64,000 nucleotides of DNA from Balanoglossus misakiensis (lineage: Eukaryota > Animalia > Hemichordata): the NCBI GenBank assembly GCA_040954595.2, contig CM082595.2, forward strand, positions 2,403,943 to 2,467,942, in the 5' to 3' direction. Shown here in pieces: positions 26,301-41,300 of the stretch (its first letter is position 1; the number at the start of each line of letters is the position of its first letter). Position numbers and translations under genes: made by a program. Under the pieces are notes generated by a model. The model saw nothing but the letters and a program-made list of their open reading frames with translations, was not told the origin of the DNA and did not search any database.

Positions 26301-29300
26301 TCTTTTGCCGGGCGTCTGACATGAAATGAAATTACAGAATGGTTATTGTTGTGTGATGGACACGTGTGTGAACCTTGCAAAGTTCCAAGATCATGGTCAA
26401 CTCAGTTTGAAATCAACAGTGAATTCTTAATGCGACAATTGTGACATCATCAGTTTCTGCACAGTGACTCTTGACCTTATTTCTGTAGATACACATCTAA
26501 GTCTCGCATCATGCAGTACTAAAACCAGACAGACAGACAGATCTAGACCTCACCTTTTTGTTCAGCACCACTTTGTCATTGCACACGTCCAACACCAACT
26601 CCCGACACTCCGGTTCAGGGGTTACACCTGGGTGGTGTGCACCTGTGTCTGGCGTCCTATCAGAACAAAGAATATTGCCATGGTGACATTTCAAGCATAG
26701 CACGCACTACCTCTGGGTAGTCTTCCATCTGGACAATACAACAATCCTCTTACTTCCTTCTTAATCTTATCCACAATACAGTGTCTGACATATAGTACAA
26801 AGCGCTGCAAGATGTTTACTGTGTTCTATTAACATGTCTCAAGGGATGTCAAATGCATTGTTGTATACAGGCTAAGACTCCCATCTTTTAAGATTTAGAA
26901 TCCCACCGTCGGTAATTTGTAAATCTGCTCCTCACAGCTTTAATACTAACAATCTCACTAGTTGGTATCTTGTATAGTCAAACCTTTCAGCTTTTAATAT
27001 TCACAATCTCACCATTGGTAAATTGTAAAGCCGTTACATTTTTAATCACAGCGAAAAAAGAACGCTAAACCACTTACTTTGTGAAAGTGTGCATGAAGGC
27101 GATGTAGATGAAATTTTCATAGAAGAGTTTTTCTCCTTCTTCTAAACTGTTGAGATTGTATGTGCCATGCGTTCCACCCTGCACTGTTAGTGTGATGCAG
27201 GGACGAAGGATGCTTTCATCCAAAGCATATTGCACTGGAAGAAACAGGGTGCATTTTTATCAAAGTCATTTGTCAAAATAGTTTACATGGAAAATGGAAA
27301 AATCGCACCAACAAATTGCCAGGATGTAAAGGTCATATAAGGGTCATGAAAGTGGACTTTTGAAGTGTCTGAGCATGTGAAACTCGCAAAAAGTTTGTTC
27401 TAGATTTTTGAGTCCAGTCATATTTACCTGATGTCTGAGGCTTTATGATGGTCCTCAGTGTGTCATCAGCAACACTGGTCTGATAATACATGACAGGAAC
27501 CTGTAAAAATAAATTGTTTCCATGGAGATAAATTAATGAGTCAATGAGGGAAAGTTTTATAGACAAAATTGATTTTACAGCCAATGAGGCAATGTGTTAT
27601 ATTGATGCAGTGGAAATTAACCAATCAAATTGTGTCTTACTTCTGATGAGTTGACAATCCTGTAGGGGGGTGGGAGCTGGTCTGCATCGGTAAACACCAC
27701 ATAGTATGTTGCATACTTCATCGTGATTTCCACATTCAAGAGAATGCATCGTCCATTGTTTCCCCTGAAAAAAAAGAAAACATTAATATCACATCAGTTG
27801 GAAAATACTGTATTCTGCAATGCCCTCTGTTATTTACATATATCTGAGCGTCCACATCCAATTTCCCTTCTGAGAAAAGGTAATGCAAGTTCAGGGTACA
27901 TTAAATGTTTTCCTAATAACAATAATAATGGGTTCTTCGCATGGATCCACAAGTACTTGTGATCAAGGTACTTTGCAATTATTATAACCCATGGTCAATG
28001 GATCTGAATCATTTCATTTAACTCCCCAGGGAGCAAACATTGAGAGCAGTCATAATAAGGCACAGCTAAAGATCAAGCTGTCTGATCAGGCACCCATTAT
28101 ACCTCTGTGGGGAATAGCAGTGAAAAATAAAATAATTGTTTTGTTCAAGGACTCTATACACCGCAGCTGGGGTTCCTACTCCTAGGTAGATATTTATCTT
28201 CATTGCCGGGGAAATTAATAGGGAGTTATCAACTCTGATATTGGATTCAATTTCACAGTAATTTAAAAAAGATGCACACAATTGTTTGGCTGTTTAATAC
28301 ACATGTACGTTCGACGTGCCTCAGCAACAGATTTTCAGAAAAATATTCCTCAAAACCTTTCAATTCTTTGTTATATTCAAGCGTGTGGGAAGTCTTTTTG
28401 AAAACTGAATAGGAAACTAAATATTCACCATCTTGTTTTCGTGAAAATCTCAACTTTAAATTTTCTCCATAGACCACAGAGATTGGCGGCCATTTTGAAT
28501 GTCAAATTTGACGCAATTCTGTTCTCTCATTCAACATTTTGCACGGTGACCCCAAATTTTGAAACTCAATATTACGAAGGAACACTAGTATCCTAAAGCA
28601 GCAAAATATATGAGAAAATTTAAGACTTTGATTGGTTTTCGTGGTGCATTCTGCCATAAAGACACCATGACTTTTTTTACCTCATATTGATATGAAAAGA
28701 CACGGTCTTATCGGTTCTGAAGCCACCTGACCATTTGCAGTCTGGGATATCGTTGATTCTCACACACAGCAATTTGTCCAGATCATCTCGTGGCCAGTGG
28801 AAATAGACAGATGAACCTGACAATGCTGACAAGTGAATTTTCGGGTCTTTAGTTCCCTGCAAGGAAATACCATATTAGTCAGTTTCATCAAGAAGACATA
28901 TCTACATGTACTGTATATAATCAGCATTGTTACTGTGCAAAATTCCGGACTAAAATTCATTTGTCAACAATAAAAATGGCCTTATATACAGGCTGTTTTG
29001 CGAAGTACTGGGTATATTAGCAGATGTTTGGAGAAGAATAAGAAATAACATGTGGTACATATGCAGAACAAATGTACTGAAAATATAGCCGAAATCTATA
29101 GTTTATATTTCATATAGGTAAACATAATTCAACTAGATGTAAGCATTTTAATTACATGTATTCAGCATGGGTGTGTACTGTACATCATTAAAATTATGGT
29201 GTATACTGAAACAAGCTATTAACGTGACCTTGAAGTTATGAAACATCTCCAAGTTAAATGTCCTTTTGGAGTCGAGAGCACATGAAACCACTTCTTTGCT

Positions 29301-32300
29301 TGGCCACCCAAGTGAAAATCTGTGAAAGTTGGCTGGATAATTACTATGGTTTCTACAACCAGACTGTTTTCTTAATGCAAATGTGATGACGTTTGTTTCT
29401 GTTGCCAGGGAACACTTTGCTACTGACCTTGAGTATTGAAAGTGATATTCCAAGTTGCTGAACATATCAGGTGACATGTTTTCATCACAGCTCGAAACAA
29501 AAACTGACTTTTTATTTCATAATTATGTACTCACCATTCCCACTGCAAAATGTTTCTGTGCAAATGAAAGCTTGTACTGAGTTCGGTTGTCAAGCTGGTA
29601 ACGGGGAACAAACGTCACAATCTGTGTATCGAAGTATCGCCCCAGACCTTTTCTGATGTGAAATCCAATGTTGTACACCCTGCAAGGTAGTATAGAAATT
29701 CTGTTTAGTGTAATAAACATGATGTCACCATACATAGTGCTGATCAAACCTCACAAATATTGTCCCTCCTGATACTAACTACAGTTTAGTTAGAACAATG
29801 GATGTATTCTGATTTGAGCAAAATAATGCTGTGCTAGGATGAATGAATGAATGAATGAATGAATGAATGAATGAATGAATGAATGAATGAATGAATGAAT
29901 GAATGAATGAATGAATGAATGAATGAATGAATGAATGAATGAGTGAATGAGTGAGTGAACAAATGAATGAATGAATGAGTGAGTGAGTGAGTGAATGAAT
30001 GAGCAAGTGAATGAGTGAATGAGTGAGTGAATGAATGAATGAACTGACTGGTTGCGTCAACTATACTATCAATTTAACATATATTTTTTGCAGAAGTGAC
30101 ACTGTAGTTTCCTTTCATTCGTATCTTTCCTTTCATTTTTATTTCCTGTACCCGGATATGTTTTTCTCTGATGGCAATTAAACAAAATGCAGCCGTGTGC
30201 CTTTCTCTCATGTTGGTCTTTTTTTCCTGTAATTCAAAAGTCTCGCACATCTGCAAAACAGGAAAACTGTAGAGCTTCCTTGGGCGGCATACATCCTTTT
30301 TTTTTCAAAAATAATAGCAACATGTCTAGTCAGACTTACCAATCAGGTCTTCCGCCTCCTTGCAAGACATGAAGGGATCGAACTCCAGTGCCTCCTTCCA
30401 AGGAAAACTTGCTGCACCAATTAGGCATACCATCCTCATGTACACCTTTTCCCAAGCGCATCGTACACCTGGTAAAAACAAAATCAATTTGAATAATAAC
30501 TTCGCTTTGATTACAATTATTTTATTGTGTCCTGCAACCTTTGCAAACAGTATTCATTCATATGTTTGCCTCGGAGAAAACAAACAACAACTAAAAATAC
30601 AAACACAGGAATAAATAAAAATAAACTCACAAATAGGAGCGATCTTTGTCGGAGTAGGAGAACAGGAATGGTGCCAAACTTCTGGCCATTTCGTATTCTT
30701 CCGACTGCCCTGCTGCGTCCCCGGTAACTCCATCTTGACGGAAGATTAATGGTAGACCAGATTTGTTGATCAGCCAGTATGGTGCCGACACGGAGATCTG
30801 AAGAGTGAGACATCAGAAAAGTTAGGCCAGGCAGATTTTCGAACCATAAACAGAAGATTACAGTTTTCACTTGGACTTGGATCAATATAAGATCCATACT
30901 CAATACGTTGTAATTGTACAATCTCAGAATACCTACAAACAGACTACTGTATCTGGATGCTAATCCCCTGGATAATCAAGGCTAGGGTTAGAGTTAAAGG
31001 GACAAAGTCTCTCTCTCGCTGCCCTTTTTCCATTAATTATATTTGATACAAGACACTGCTTATGTTATTCTACATGTGGATAAACAGTGAATGAACGTTC
31101 AACCACACACAACTTCCATCCCACTTGTAAACACGAGAGTGAAAAACTTGCCAAAATGAATAATCGGTCTCTACCATTTATTTATTTTGGCGAGGTTTTT
31201 ATTGTCATATCCTACAAACGGGATAGAAGTTGTGTTTGGTCGAACATTGATTCACTATATATCCACATGTAGAATAACATAAATGGTGTCTTGTATCAAA
31301 CATAATTGATGGAAAAAGGGCAGCGAGAGAGATACTTTGTCCCTTTAATGCTAGGGTAAGATCTAACTGTGAACATACCTTGAGAGATTTTCCAGCCCTA
31401 GGTTCTATTCTGAAGTTTAAGAACAGCTCCCTGCCCTTGTTGTCCTCCATGCGGACCGGAAGTTTGTATTCCCGGTAGAAGTTCTCCGGGATTATGATCT
31501 CGCGACATTTCGAGTAGTTCTCCAACAGAAAGCCAAACTCGGTGGCTTGACTCAGATCAGCCTTGAAAGAAAACAAATTGATAAACTTATCAAACGGAAA
31601 CATTTTCAAAGCCATCAGACACCAAAGAACAAAAACAAAAGATTTCTATTATCTGACACGAGATGGTGGAGTGCAATCACCCAACAACACATTGTAACAA
31701 AGCCCTTACCAGTTACATTAAGTAGCTTTTTGTTGACATGGCCACCCACTCAAAATTTGTGATTGGCGAGATCAGCACTTTCCATGGTAACTGTAATTAA
31801 ATTTGCATACTGGGCCACTGTATTCCTTTAAACTTTTTTCTAATTATGGATGAAATTTGTGAGAAGCCATGTCAGTAATGTGATTTCTCTGTGTACCTGA
31901 TAGACTGGTTTATCCATGCCTGGTTTGATATGTCCGCGTATGTCTGTTCCTTTGATGTAGTATCGCAGGTCGCACGGGAGAAGGTTGGTGAGAACGACAG
32001 GAGGCAACAAGGTGATTGTGTGACCTGGTTGCTGAGCAGAGTCGATTTGAGGACTGTCTGTACCTCTGTGTGTGGGGAAGTCAGCTGGGAAAGCTTCGCG
32101 TTTGATTCTCGCACATAGTCTGTAGAAACAGGAATGTAATTTTATTAGCCCTGTCTGTTAGTAATTGCCCATTTGCATGCATATGTTGTCTGTGTATTTT
32201 TCCCTGTTACAGAAAGGTATATCTGGCATTCATGGTCAAGTGTAAATTTCTAATTGCGTTGTATGTACATGTACATATAGTAAGCATGTTGTGAGATCAT

Positions 32301-35300
32301 CCATGCAGTGTGGTTTATTGGCAGTCCTGGTTCAAGATCAAATCGGCAATCGAGGTTAGACCGACCTTGCAAATGCAACCATGGTCAAGTTCACTTCAAA
32401 CTCACCTGAAATTGCTGCTTCTATCCCCAGATGGTCTGACACACTCCACAATGCTGCTCATAGAGTCACCTGGTCTGGCCACTTTCCTCCAATGAATGGG
32501 ACTGTCACAGAACGAGACTCCCCAGTTCTCACCTGGTCTTACGTACATGTTCCAATGGGTGTAGTCCATTGGGATAGCCATGCTCTGATTGGGCCTTAGA
32601 ACTGGAAGTTCGACAGTACCTGAAACTGAGTCCGATAAACGTGGTGCAGATGTTTTAGATTTCAGGACATAATTATGAAAAAATGAGTCAGAAAGTTGAT
32701 TATGAATGCTTAAAATATGTACGACGATTCCTTGATGATAAGCTCTTCATAGCAATCAAATAATCAAGTTTATTTTTCTTCTTGAGATGAGCTTAATTTG
32801 TGCAGTTTCAAGAAACAGTCACCACCCCCTCCCCATGTCTGTATGGTTGAGTCCAAACACACTACTGGAAACATCGGGACTCAACCAAATTGTCAAAGTG
32901 AGAGGGTTGAACAGCATTATGTAAAACACACAAACTGTTATCCACACTCACCTGCTGATGCAGAGCTATAAGACGGATGTACCAGTTTTATCTCCATGGG
33001 AACATGTACTCGACTGACCACCCTTAATGATGATCTGACCGTCACAACTTTCCGGGCGCTGCCTGCCAGGGTGATATCGAAGACGACACGTGCAGGCACC
33101 TTTTCAGAGTACAGTAAAAAAAAAAACATATTGTGCAGAATGAGATTGAGAATGATGCTACATGTAAGCCCTACACAAACCCACCCCTCCCAATATTCCT
33201 GTGTAGAAGTCAAACTTCAATTTACTTTCCTATAATCTCAATGGGAATTAACAATGTTCTAGCTTTAACGAGTCTACGAACGAAATCTGCTAATGTAACA
33301 GTGTTGTAATCTTATGAATTCAAGCCTTTTTCTCACCACTTGTGTTTTAGAAGCTTTCCAAGATTTGGACGGTTGTGTTGGCAAAACAGATCTGAAGACC
33401 ACTCCAACTTTGTCAACAGACACTGGCGACGTTTCCTGCCAGCCCTCGGGTCGTACCACGATTTGGTGAACTTTGATTTCATGTGTGCTCTGTAGAAAAA
33501 GTGATTATCAGAATATAATACTAAAACTAAAGTCTACAAAATATAGTCAAAACATACAGCTCTTGATGATGTTACAATGTAACTCAGACTGAGTCCTGAT
33601 AGGGACATCTACACTTACACGATGTCTCAGTTTTCCTCCAGTCTCGAACACAAACGGCAGCTCTCCACCAGGTGGCACCTCTTGCCATTCGCTGATCTTA
33701 TCAATGTTCTGATTGGTCGGTTGCATTGTGTTCGGCTTTGATCCAGGGCTTGTCACACTGTGACAATAAAAAGTCAGAAAATTTACATGAGAACACAGCA
33801 CACAGTAAGACAAACACTCAACATCACAATCATTGAGGAATACTGCAGTTACTTGAAGATGTTTTTATGTGATTTGAATTCCGAACCATGCACACCAACT
33901 CTAGAAAATACTTTACCTTGTTGACAAACTCGTCTTGGTTGCGAATTCTAGTTTACAACCAGTGTGGTTTCTGAGAGCATAGGGTACAAATGGCTGTCGG
34001 CGTTTCTGTTCCGAGGCCCAACTGGTCATGTTGTAGTAATCTTCTGTCCAATTCTTCTTTGTGTTGCTGTACAGTTCGATCAACGAGCTGGTCAAATTGA
34101 ACTCCAAACGATCCTTGGCTGTGTGAGTACAAATAACAACGACAATTTGATAAGGAAAATCGTGATCGTAAAATCTTAATCTGTGAGTTTACCAAATTTT
34201 ACAAAATAGAATTGCCACACAGGTACTGACCTTTGACTTCTACCACCTGTCGACCATGGCTGTTGTTGATTGGTGGTTGTTCTTTCCATGTAACATTGCA
34301 TCTGAAAAGAAATTTGACATCAAACGATAAATTGATGGCTCACAGCAAGAAGGACATAACTCCTATGTTATCACATAGGAGTTTCGTCCCTCTTGTGCCG
34401 TCAAAATGAGTTTCATAATCACTACGTCTAGATCTGAGCATCAAAATGTGAAGTCATACAATTCCATGGTCACTTACTTCCATGGTTCAAGGAATGGTTC
34501 CCATCCAGACAGATGCCGGTTGTAGTATTCCCCGGACAGAGTGAAGTGTGCCTGTCCTTCCTTGTAGTTGTGCAGAGTTTGCAGGAAGTAAGGATTAGTC
34601 AGCGACAATTCGGCCAACGGAACGTCGCAATCCTTGCAGTCATCAATCAAACAGATGCAGACACTGTTCGCACGGATCTGAAAGTAGGGAAAAAAGTTTA
34701 TCAACAAGGCTTTCTCCATCTTTCCTTTAAAGCCCCAGTAGCTGCCAATTTTGGCCGTATTTTCATGATTTTATTTTCAAACTTACACCTTAGTAAAAAA
34801 AGACTGTAGTATTTGTCCTCCAATGTAGTAGCGTGTATAGGAACATACAAATGCACCTGTATCAACTTTACAACAGTTCTCAACTGTTCATTTTCACTAT
34901 CTCACCACTTTAGTGAAAATAAACAAATATCGTCATAGAAACATCAATATCTGCTTGTTTAACAATCTCACCTCAACTCCTGAGAGCGTAAACCCACTCT
35001 TCTCCTCCCCATCACTCGGTTTCCGTGACAACTTGACTGCCTTTGAGATTGCCGGGGTAGCATTCTCCAGTAGCCATGTTGCTGCAGCATCCAATCGATC
35101 GTTGCATTTCTCCAGAGCTGTGATGCAATCATTCCTTCCAAATCCAAGGTCTTCCAACTTGGTGATGAATGATTCTGCAATGTCAAAATAGTAAATGGTC
35201 TTTTGAATTACCAGGATAGACTACATCATTCATCAAATCATCTACTTCTCTATAAAATAATCTTTCTCATATATAGCAGTACGAGTCAAATTTACAGGCA

Positions 35301-38300
35301 TCTTTCCACTTTATAGTGACAGGTTTACCAAAATGCTATGCTGGCCTCCATGTCTTAACCCTTTCACCTCAATGGTTCGATCCAAACCCATTGTTTTCTA
35401 TGGTAAGTTAGACCTCTGCAGAGGGAACTGGGGATGAAAGGCCTAGGGTTAAAGCTTGTTACTGGAAACTTACCATCTCGTCCATTATACGGCAGTGGTG
35501 AAGCTGGTCTGTGCAGCGAGTCCTGGGTCACGGCTTGCGTAGCTTGTTGTGGCAGTGAGTTCATGATGGCCATGAACAACTTGAGATCGTGGTACGACAG
35601 ACGAATATTTAGTGGATGCATCAGTTGAATCTGTGAGGTAGAAGACGGACGATTATACTGTTAAAGGTACATTACATGTAGCTGTAACATTCGGCTTTAT
35701 TTTCAGTATTTTTGTTCTGTGTACTAAATGCGATTTCTTGTTCTACACCACACAGCATGCTAATATACTCAGTACTCTGCTTGTCAACATAGTGTATGTG
35801 TGTAATGGCCATTGTTATTGTTGACAAATGATTTCTAGTCCAGACCTGAATTCAAACTGCACAATAACAATACTTTCAGTCCACAGCAAAAGTAACCAAT
35901 CAAAAAATCCAGCAAACAAGTTCTATATGCTAACTACAAAGCCAGAACCTTATGACACAAAGAAGTTGTGAACCACAGCATCTCCTCAAAATTTTAGTAG
36001 TTGACTTTTTTACCCATAATGCATTAATTATACTATGATTTGACCCCCTAACATGAAGTAAAAAGAACATAGGTTGAACGACGGCTGCCCTGAAGTGACA
36101 CCAGCTAAAACCTACTGCTATTACTTAAACTTTGCTATTCCTTAACAGTAACACCTAACCAATCACAATATTTCCAATTTTGTCTTCACAAATGCAAATA
36201 GTTCTTTATCCCAGTATTTAGCCCAACATATCCAAATTTCCAAGTCACATTGCATATATTCTAATAGACAGTAGCTTTATGATTAAAAGAGATAAGGTAA
36301 GATGAAGATAGGATGAAAAAAAAGATAAAAGTGAACCAAAATGATTAAGTAAAAAGGAATAATGAAAATGAAGTTATACATTTCTTTTTACACTGAGTAT
36401 CAGAGAGAAGAGAATTCTCACCTTAAAAAACAAAGAACCAGGTTTCTGATTGGTAGATATAATTAAAAGTAAATAGTGGTGAGAACTTTCTGTGAGTGGA
36501 ACTCTCATGGCAAAAAATGTTGCAATAGGGGAAGGAAAGTGCAAATAGGTACAGAAGTCTGTTGTGTGTTGTAAAGGAGTAGTGGGAGATGTACTAAAAG
36601 AGATGGTGATGTTGAAGTATGAGACAAAGTTCAATTGCCTGAGGTCAAAGTTCAACATATCCAAGATGACTGTATTGATTAAACTTGACTTAAAAATATT
36701 AACCAAAGATCTGACAAACCTCCAAACTTGGTCCACCATCAGCTACTGGGGTTGCGTCTAACAAACCGGTAGCCTTCTTGTAAGTCGGTGAGCTGTTTAG
36801 TTCCATGCTGACAGTGACCGGATCAATGATGGATAAAGCTGTCTCTTCCTCGCTGGAGAGATTACAGGAAAACACTTCCAGGCTTTGCAGACTACATGAC
36901 ATCGGTTTTTCTGTTCCGGATGGCTTGTATGTCAGAACTGCTGTGGACTGCGAATATAGAGAAAGAAGGAGTTTGCAATGTGCAGATTTGTAATCTATTT
37001 CATCAGAAGTAATAAACAATAGTACCATTTCTTTGCGTCTGTCTGTCTGTCTGTCTCTATGTGTGTGTGTGTGTGCAGTGTGTCCATGTAGCTACAAACT
37101 GACCTTTAAGATGACAGCATTGGTATCCCAGCATGCCATGTTCTCAACCACTACAAGCTCGGTTTCTGTGATGTTAAGTTTCATTTCGAAAGGTTTATCC
37201 GGCTGAAAAACAAAAAGAGAAATCAACTGTGTGAACCCTGGGTGATTTTTAGTGCAAGCTGTCCAATAAATCTCTCAGCAACAATTTTTACCAATCATAC
37301 ATGTAATTTTTTTCATTGAAACCCTATTTATAAGTTTATTCCGAGATCAGAAAACCTGATAGGTTTCAGGTTGAACACACCTCTTCCGGAACAGGGGCTC
37401 GCCTGGTGATGATTCCGGAGCCCACATTGACTGGTGAACTACAACGACTTCCGGCTGCCGATCCGGAACTACTTCCGCACGGACTGACTTCCTTTCGGAG
37501 ACTGTTGAACTCCTTGGTACTCAGATCGATTGGGGATTTGTCTTGGATGAGATTTGGAAACATGTCGTTGTGTACCGTCTTGGAAGGTGGTGGAGATGTT
37601 TTGATTAGGTCTTTGGATATGTTTAGGGATATAGGCTGGAAATCATCTTCCTCTGCACCTGGAAATGCACAGGGAAGAAAATAAAGTAAAATCTAACCAG
37701 AGTCTCTGGTTTGGCACATGAGCAATAGACGATCACCGTCCTTTAAACACACACTGCCAGAAGATGGGTACAGACCTATCCCAGGTAAAAACAGAAAAAA
37801 AGAAAGAGATTTGGGAAAATAGACATGGTCAATCCTACCTTCATCATCTTCCTTGTTCACCAGAAAATCCTTCAACGCCAACAGCCAATCAAAGATACCC
37901 ATTACTCTCATGTTGTTGAGCAAAACAGTGAATCGAGAGAAATCTGATGTGGATCTGAAGTGCAATTCCATCTGAAGAGATTGCGGATCGATCTTGTGTT
38001 TGGTCGGACTCAGAATTTCCACAAAAACATTGGGTTTGGAGTCTTCAGTCACATCTGGAAAATAAGAAGGAAAGATATTAAATTTTCCGTTTATATCATG
38101 GCAACCACAGACGTTCAAAATCACTTTGATTACCAGCACTACGACAAAGATGTGTAACCTCACTCTAGAAATAGATGTTATGGCAACTAAGGACATGTAA
38201 ACTAACCCAGCTGGTAACCGGTATCAATGGCAACTGAAGATACATAAACTCACCTTGGTAACGGGTGTCGTTGGCAACAATAGCATGCGACACCAAATCC

Positions 38301-41300
38301 ACAGTTTTGGACGAATCAGAGAAATTCTCAAAGGAAAACTTGGATTTGATGAAATCTATCTTTGCAAGAGAGGCTTCGGGGCTGTTGGGTTGTTCGTGGG
38401 CAATCAGGAACTCTAGACTGACATTGTCCAGTTCTATCGTCATGGAGATATTAGGCCACACTGTGCCACTCAAAATAGTCTGAAACGGTAAAAAAAGTTC
38501 TGGAATCAATAACTTGGTCACAGACTACGTTATGCTAAAATTATTCACCTAAATTTTCCTGGAGTAGAATATGTATTTTTCTGTAGTAAAGAAGAAAAGA
38601 AATTAGGCAGGACATACCTGTCCAACTGGCTCCTGACTGTAAGATGTTACCGGTTTCTCAAACTCTTCCAACGGTTCCCCAAGATTCTTGTCCAGAAATC
38701 CACGGATGAGATTAAACTGCATCACATCCATGGAACAGTGCACGGAAGACAGCATTCCGTTGATGCTGAAGTTCGGCACTGGAATTTAAGAGACACAAAA
38801 ATCAATAAAAGGCCAATGCAAATATTTTCCTACTCATTTTACTTTGAAACTTTGAATACAAATTCTTCTCTTTGAATCGCAATATGACTTACCAATTCTG
38901 CTGTAATCAGAATTCAAGTTTCTCTCGACTTGAAGTTTGAGTATACATTTCTCCTTCAATAATTTCCCTCCCTATAACAAATTAATATCAAATGTGTAAG
39001 TAATTACAAGGTATATTTCTTTATACAAAACTTGTGCTAGGCTGCACTTGATTGGTCAATAAGTGATCACATGGTGCATCTCCTCATACAAAACTAATGT
39101 AACATTACCGTCCATTGGTCAATAAGTAATCACATCATACACATCAAAACACTAAACACATCAACAAGTAGGCAGTGATATACAGTATCCTGAATAAGGT
39201 ATTTTGTGAAATTCAGCCCAGTGGTCAATTAGTCACAAAATGCAGAGAAAGAGAAATCATTATGTGGCAACAATAGTGATGTATCAACTGATACACACTT
39301 ACCTTTCTCTGCACAATGCATGATGGGAAGACCATGACAGATTGCTGCACTTCCTGTGTCCTTTCCTCAGGTTCTGTTCTTTCAGCTGAATACAAATCCA
39401 TGTCGACTAGATCAATATGCATCACGTCCAGAAGGCAGCGGTGGCTCAGTGGGCTCGGTGTGCCTTCCGAGCTGCTGGCGCTTACGTGCCACATCCGGAA
39501 TGGTGGTTCCGTGGGTGTGGATGAGGAAACGTCAGCGGATGTTGCACTGTGATACGTTGTCTGGCTGCTGGACTGTTCACTGATCGACGGCTCAGATGAA
39601 GACATGGACGTGGTCGACTGCCAACTGGGTGATGGCTGATGTGGTGGTACTGTGTACGCCGATTTCACCGGTGATGCAGACATGTCTGGGAGTTGTTCAC
39701 TCTCTGGGTTCAGAGTGGCATCTTCCTTGACAGCGTAGAACTGAGGATTGGAAGCACTTTCTGTCGGCACATCTGTGTGTTTGAAAGTCAAGATAAAGCA
39801 AGTCAAGTTACGAAGGATAATTTTGTGAAAGATGACGACAAGTTTCCTCTTGCATTGAAAGGGTTAATAATACAAGCTCCATGGTGGCAGTACATTACCA
39901 ATATCTTTGAGAATGACAGATTTGGTCCCTGGTGATCCAGCATACAGAAATTCATTCTTGACAGTCAAGTTACCAAGGTTCACCACCAGTACTTCAGAGG
40001 ACGAAGAATTCTTTGGAAACAGAATGACTGGGGAAGCAGCCTCAATGTCTAGTATTATTCTTGAGGCAGTCTTCTTAGAGTCTTTCATCTGACAAAATAA
40101 AATTCAAATTATCAATCTATGTACAGGTCAGGTGCTTGGGAAAATCTTCATATTTGGCTATTTTTTCTTAGAACTTTTGATGGATTTATTTGGATACAAC
40201 TATCACAGTACTGACTTACTTCAACATCTTTACCCTTGGCGATGGCACTCGTACTTCCCATATGATTGTGCAGGTTGTTAAAATGTTCGCAGAATGCGAC
40301 AATTTCACTCTGGAATCGATGCGTGTGTACGTATCTCACGGAAGACATCCTCAGTTTCACCTTCACATCGCATTCTCTGGTCAGGAATATGTCATCTTGT
40401 CCATACCTAAATAGAATTGATCAAAATGACCTTTCACTTTCGTGTACAAGAAAACATTTTCAAAAGATGAACAAGATAAAATAATTATTTCATTTCATTT
40501 CACAAGTCTCTGGATGGGCAGTTACCTATTCCAGCAGAAACTAACAACACATTTTATAGAATCTTACTTGAAAATATCAAATCCCAAAGCTTCTTTCCCA
40601 GTGGTGATAAATCTCTCCCTGTACAGATTTCCATGTGGCGTCAGATCTGTCAGCGACACATGTCCAAGACTCCCAGCCAGACTCATGTTTCCGTCGATTA
40701 ATTCCAGATGAGCCACCAACTTGCCCACACTAGCTCTCGCCAATGCATAGTTGGGTTTATTGAGGACCAGTGTCAGAGACTGTACTTTGATGTCAAATTC
40801 TGAATTCTTTTCTTGCTCCTCAGGTGGTGGACTGACATCTGTGTGAAGTGAACAATACTACACATTGTCAAAAACGTAGGTGGTGAAAATCTGTTTGAGG
40901 TGACCACAATTCTCACTAGTGCAAACAACATTTACTATATGCCAAAGGATCGTCACATTATAATTGCATTATGGGTAAAAAGTAGACAACTCACTGAAGC
41001 AAGACTATGGAAACGTGATATATTTTTGTGCATTTAAAGTCACAAAAAGTTCTGTCTTTGCAGGCAGGATATACAACCAATTTGCTAAAAATATCTGTGT
41101 GAGCATTATATCACTCACCTAGGTGGTAAAAAACTATTTAAGATAACAAGAATTTAAGTATGTCTGTGCTCACCTGACTTGATGATTTCCACACTGCTGT
41201 CACTGGAGGGCTGTGATGGCATCATACTATCTGTTGCTGGTTTACCTTTGGGCGTACCGATACTCAGAAAAGTCAACAGGACAACCCAGGTCTGTAGGTT

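Noticed and set aside
34346-34395. Hammerhead ribozyme (minus strand has GGACGAAAC)
   Set aside because: The CTGANGA core and three-stem junction are absent; it is a simple hairpin.
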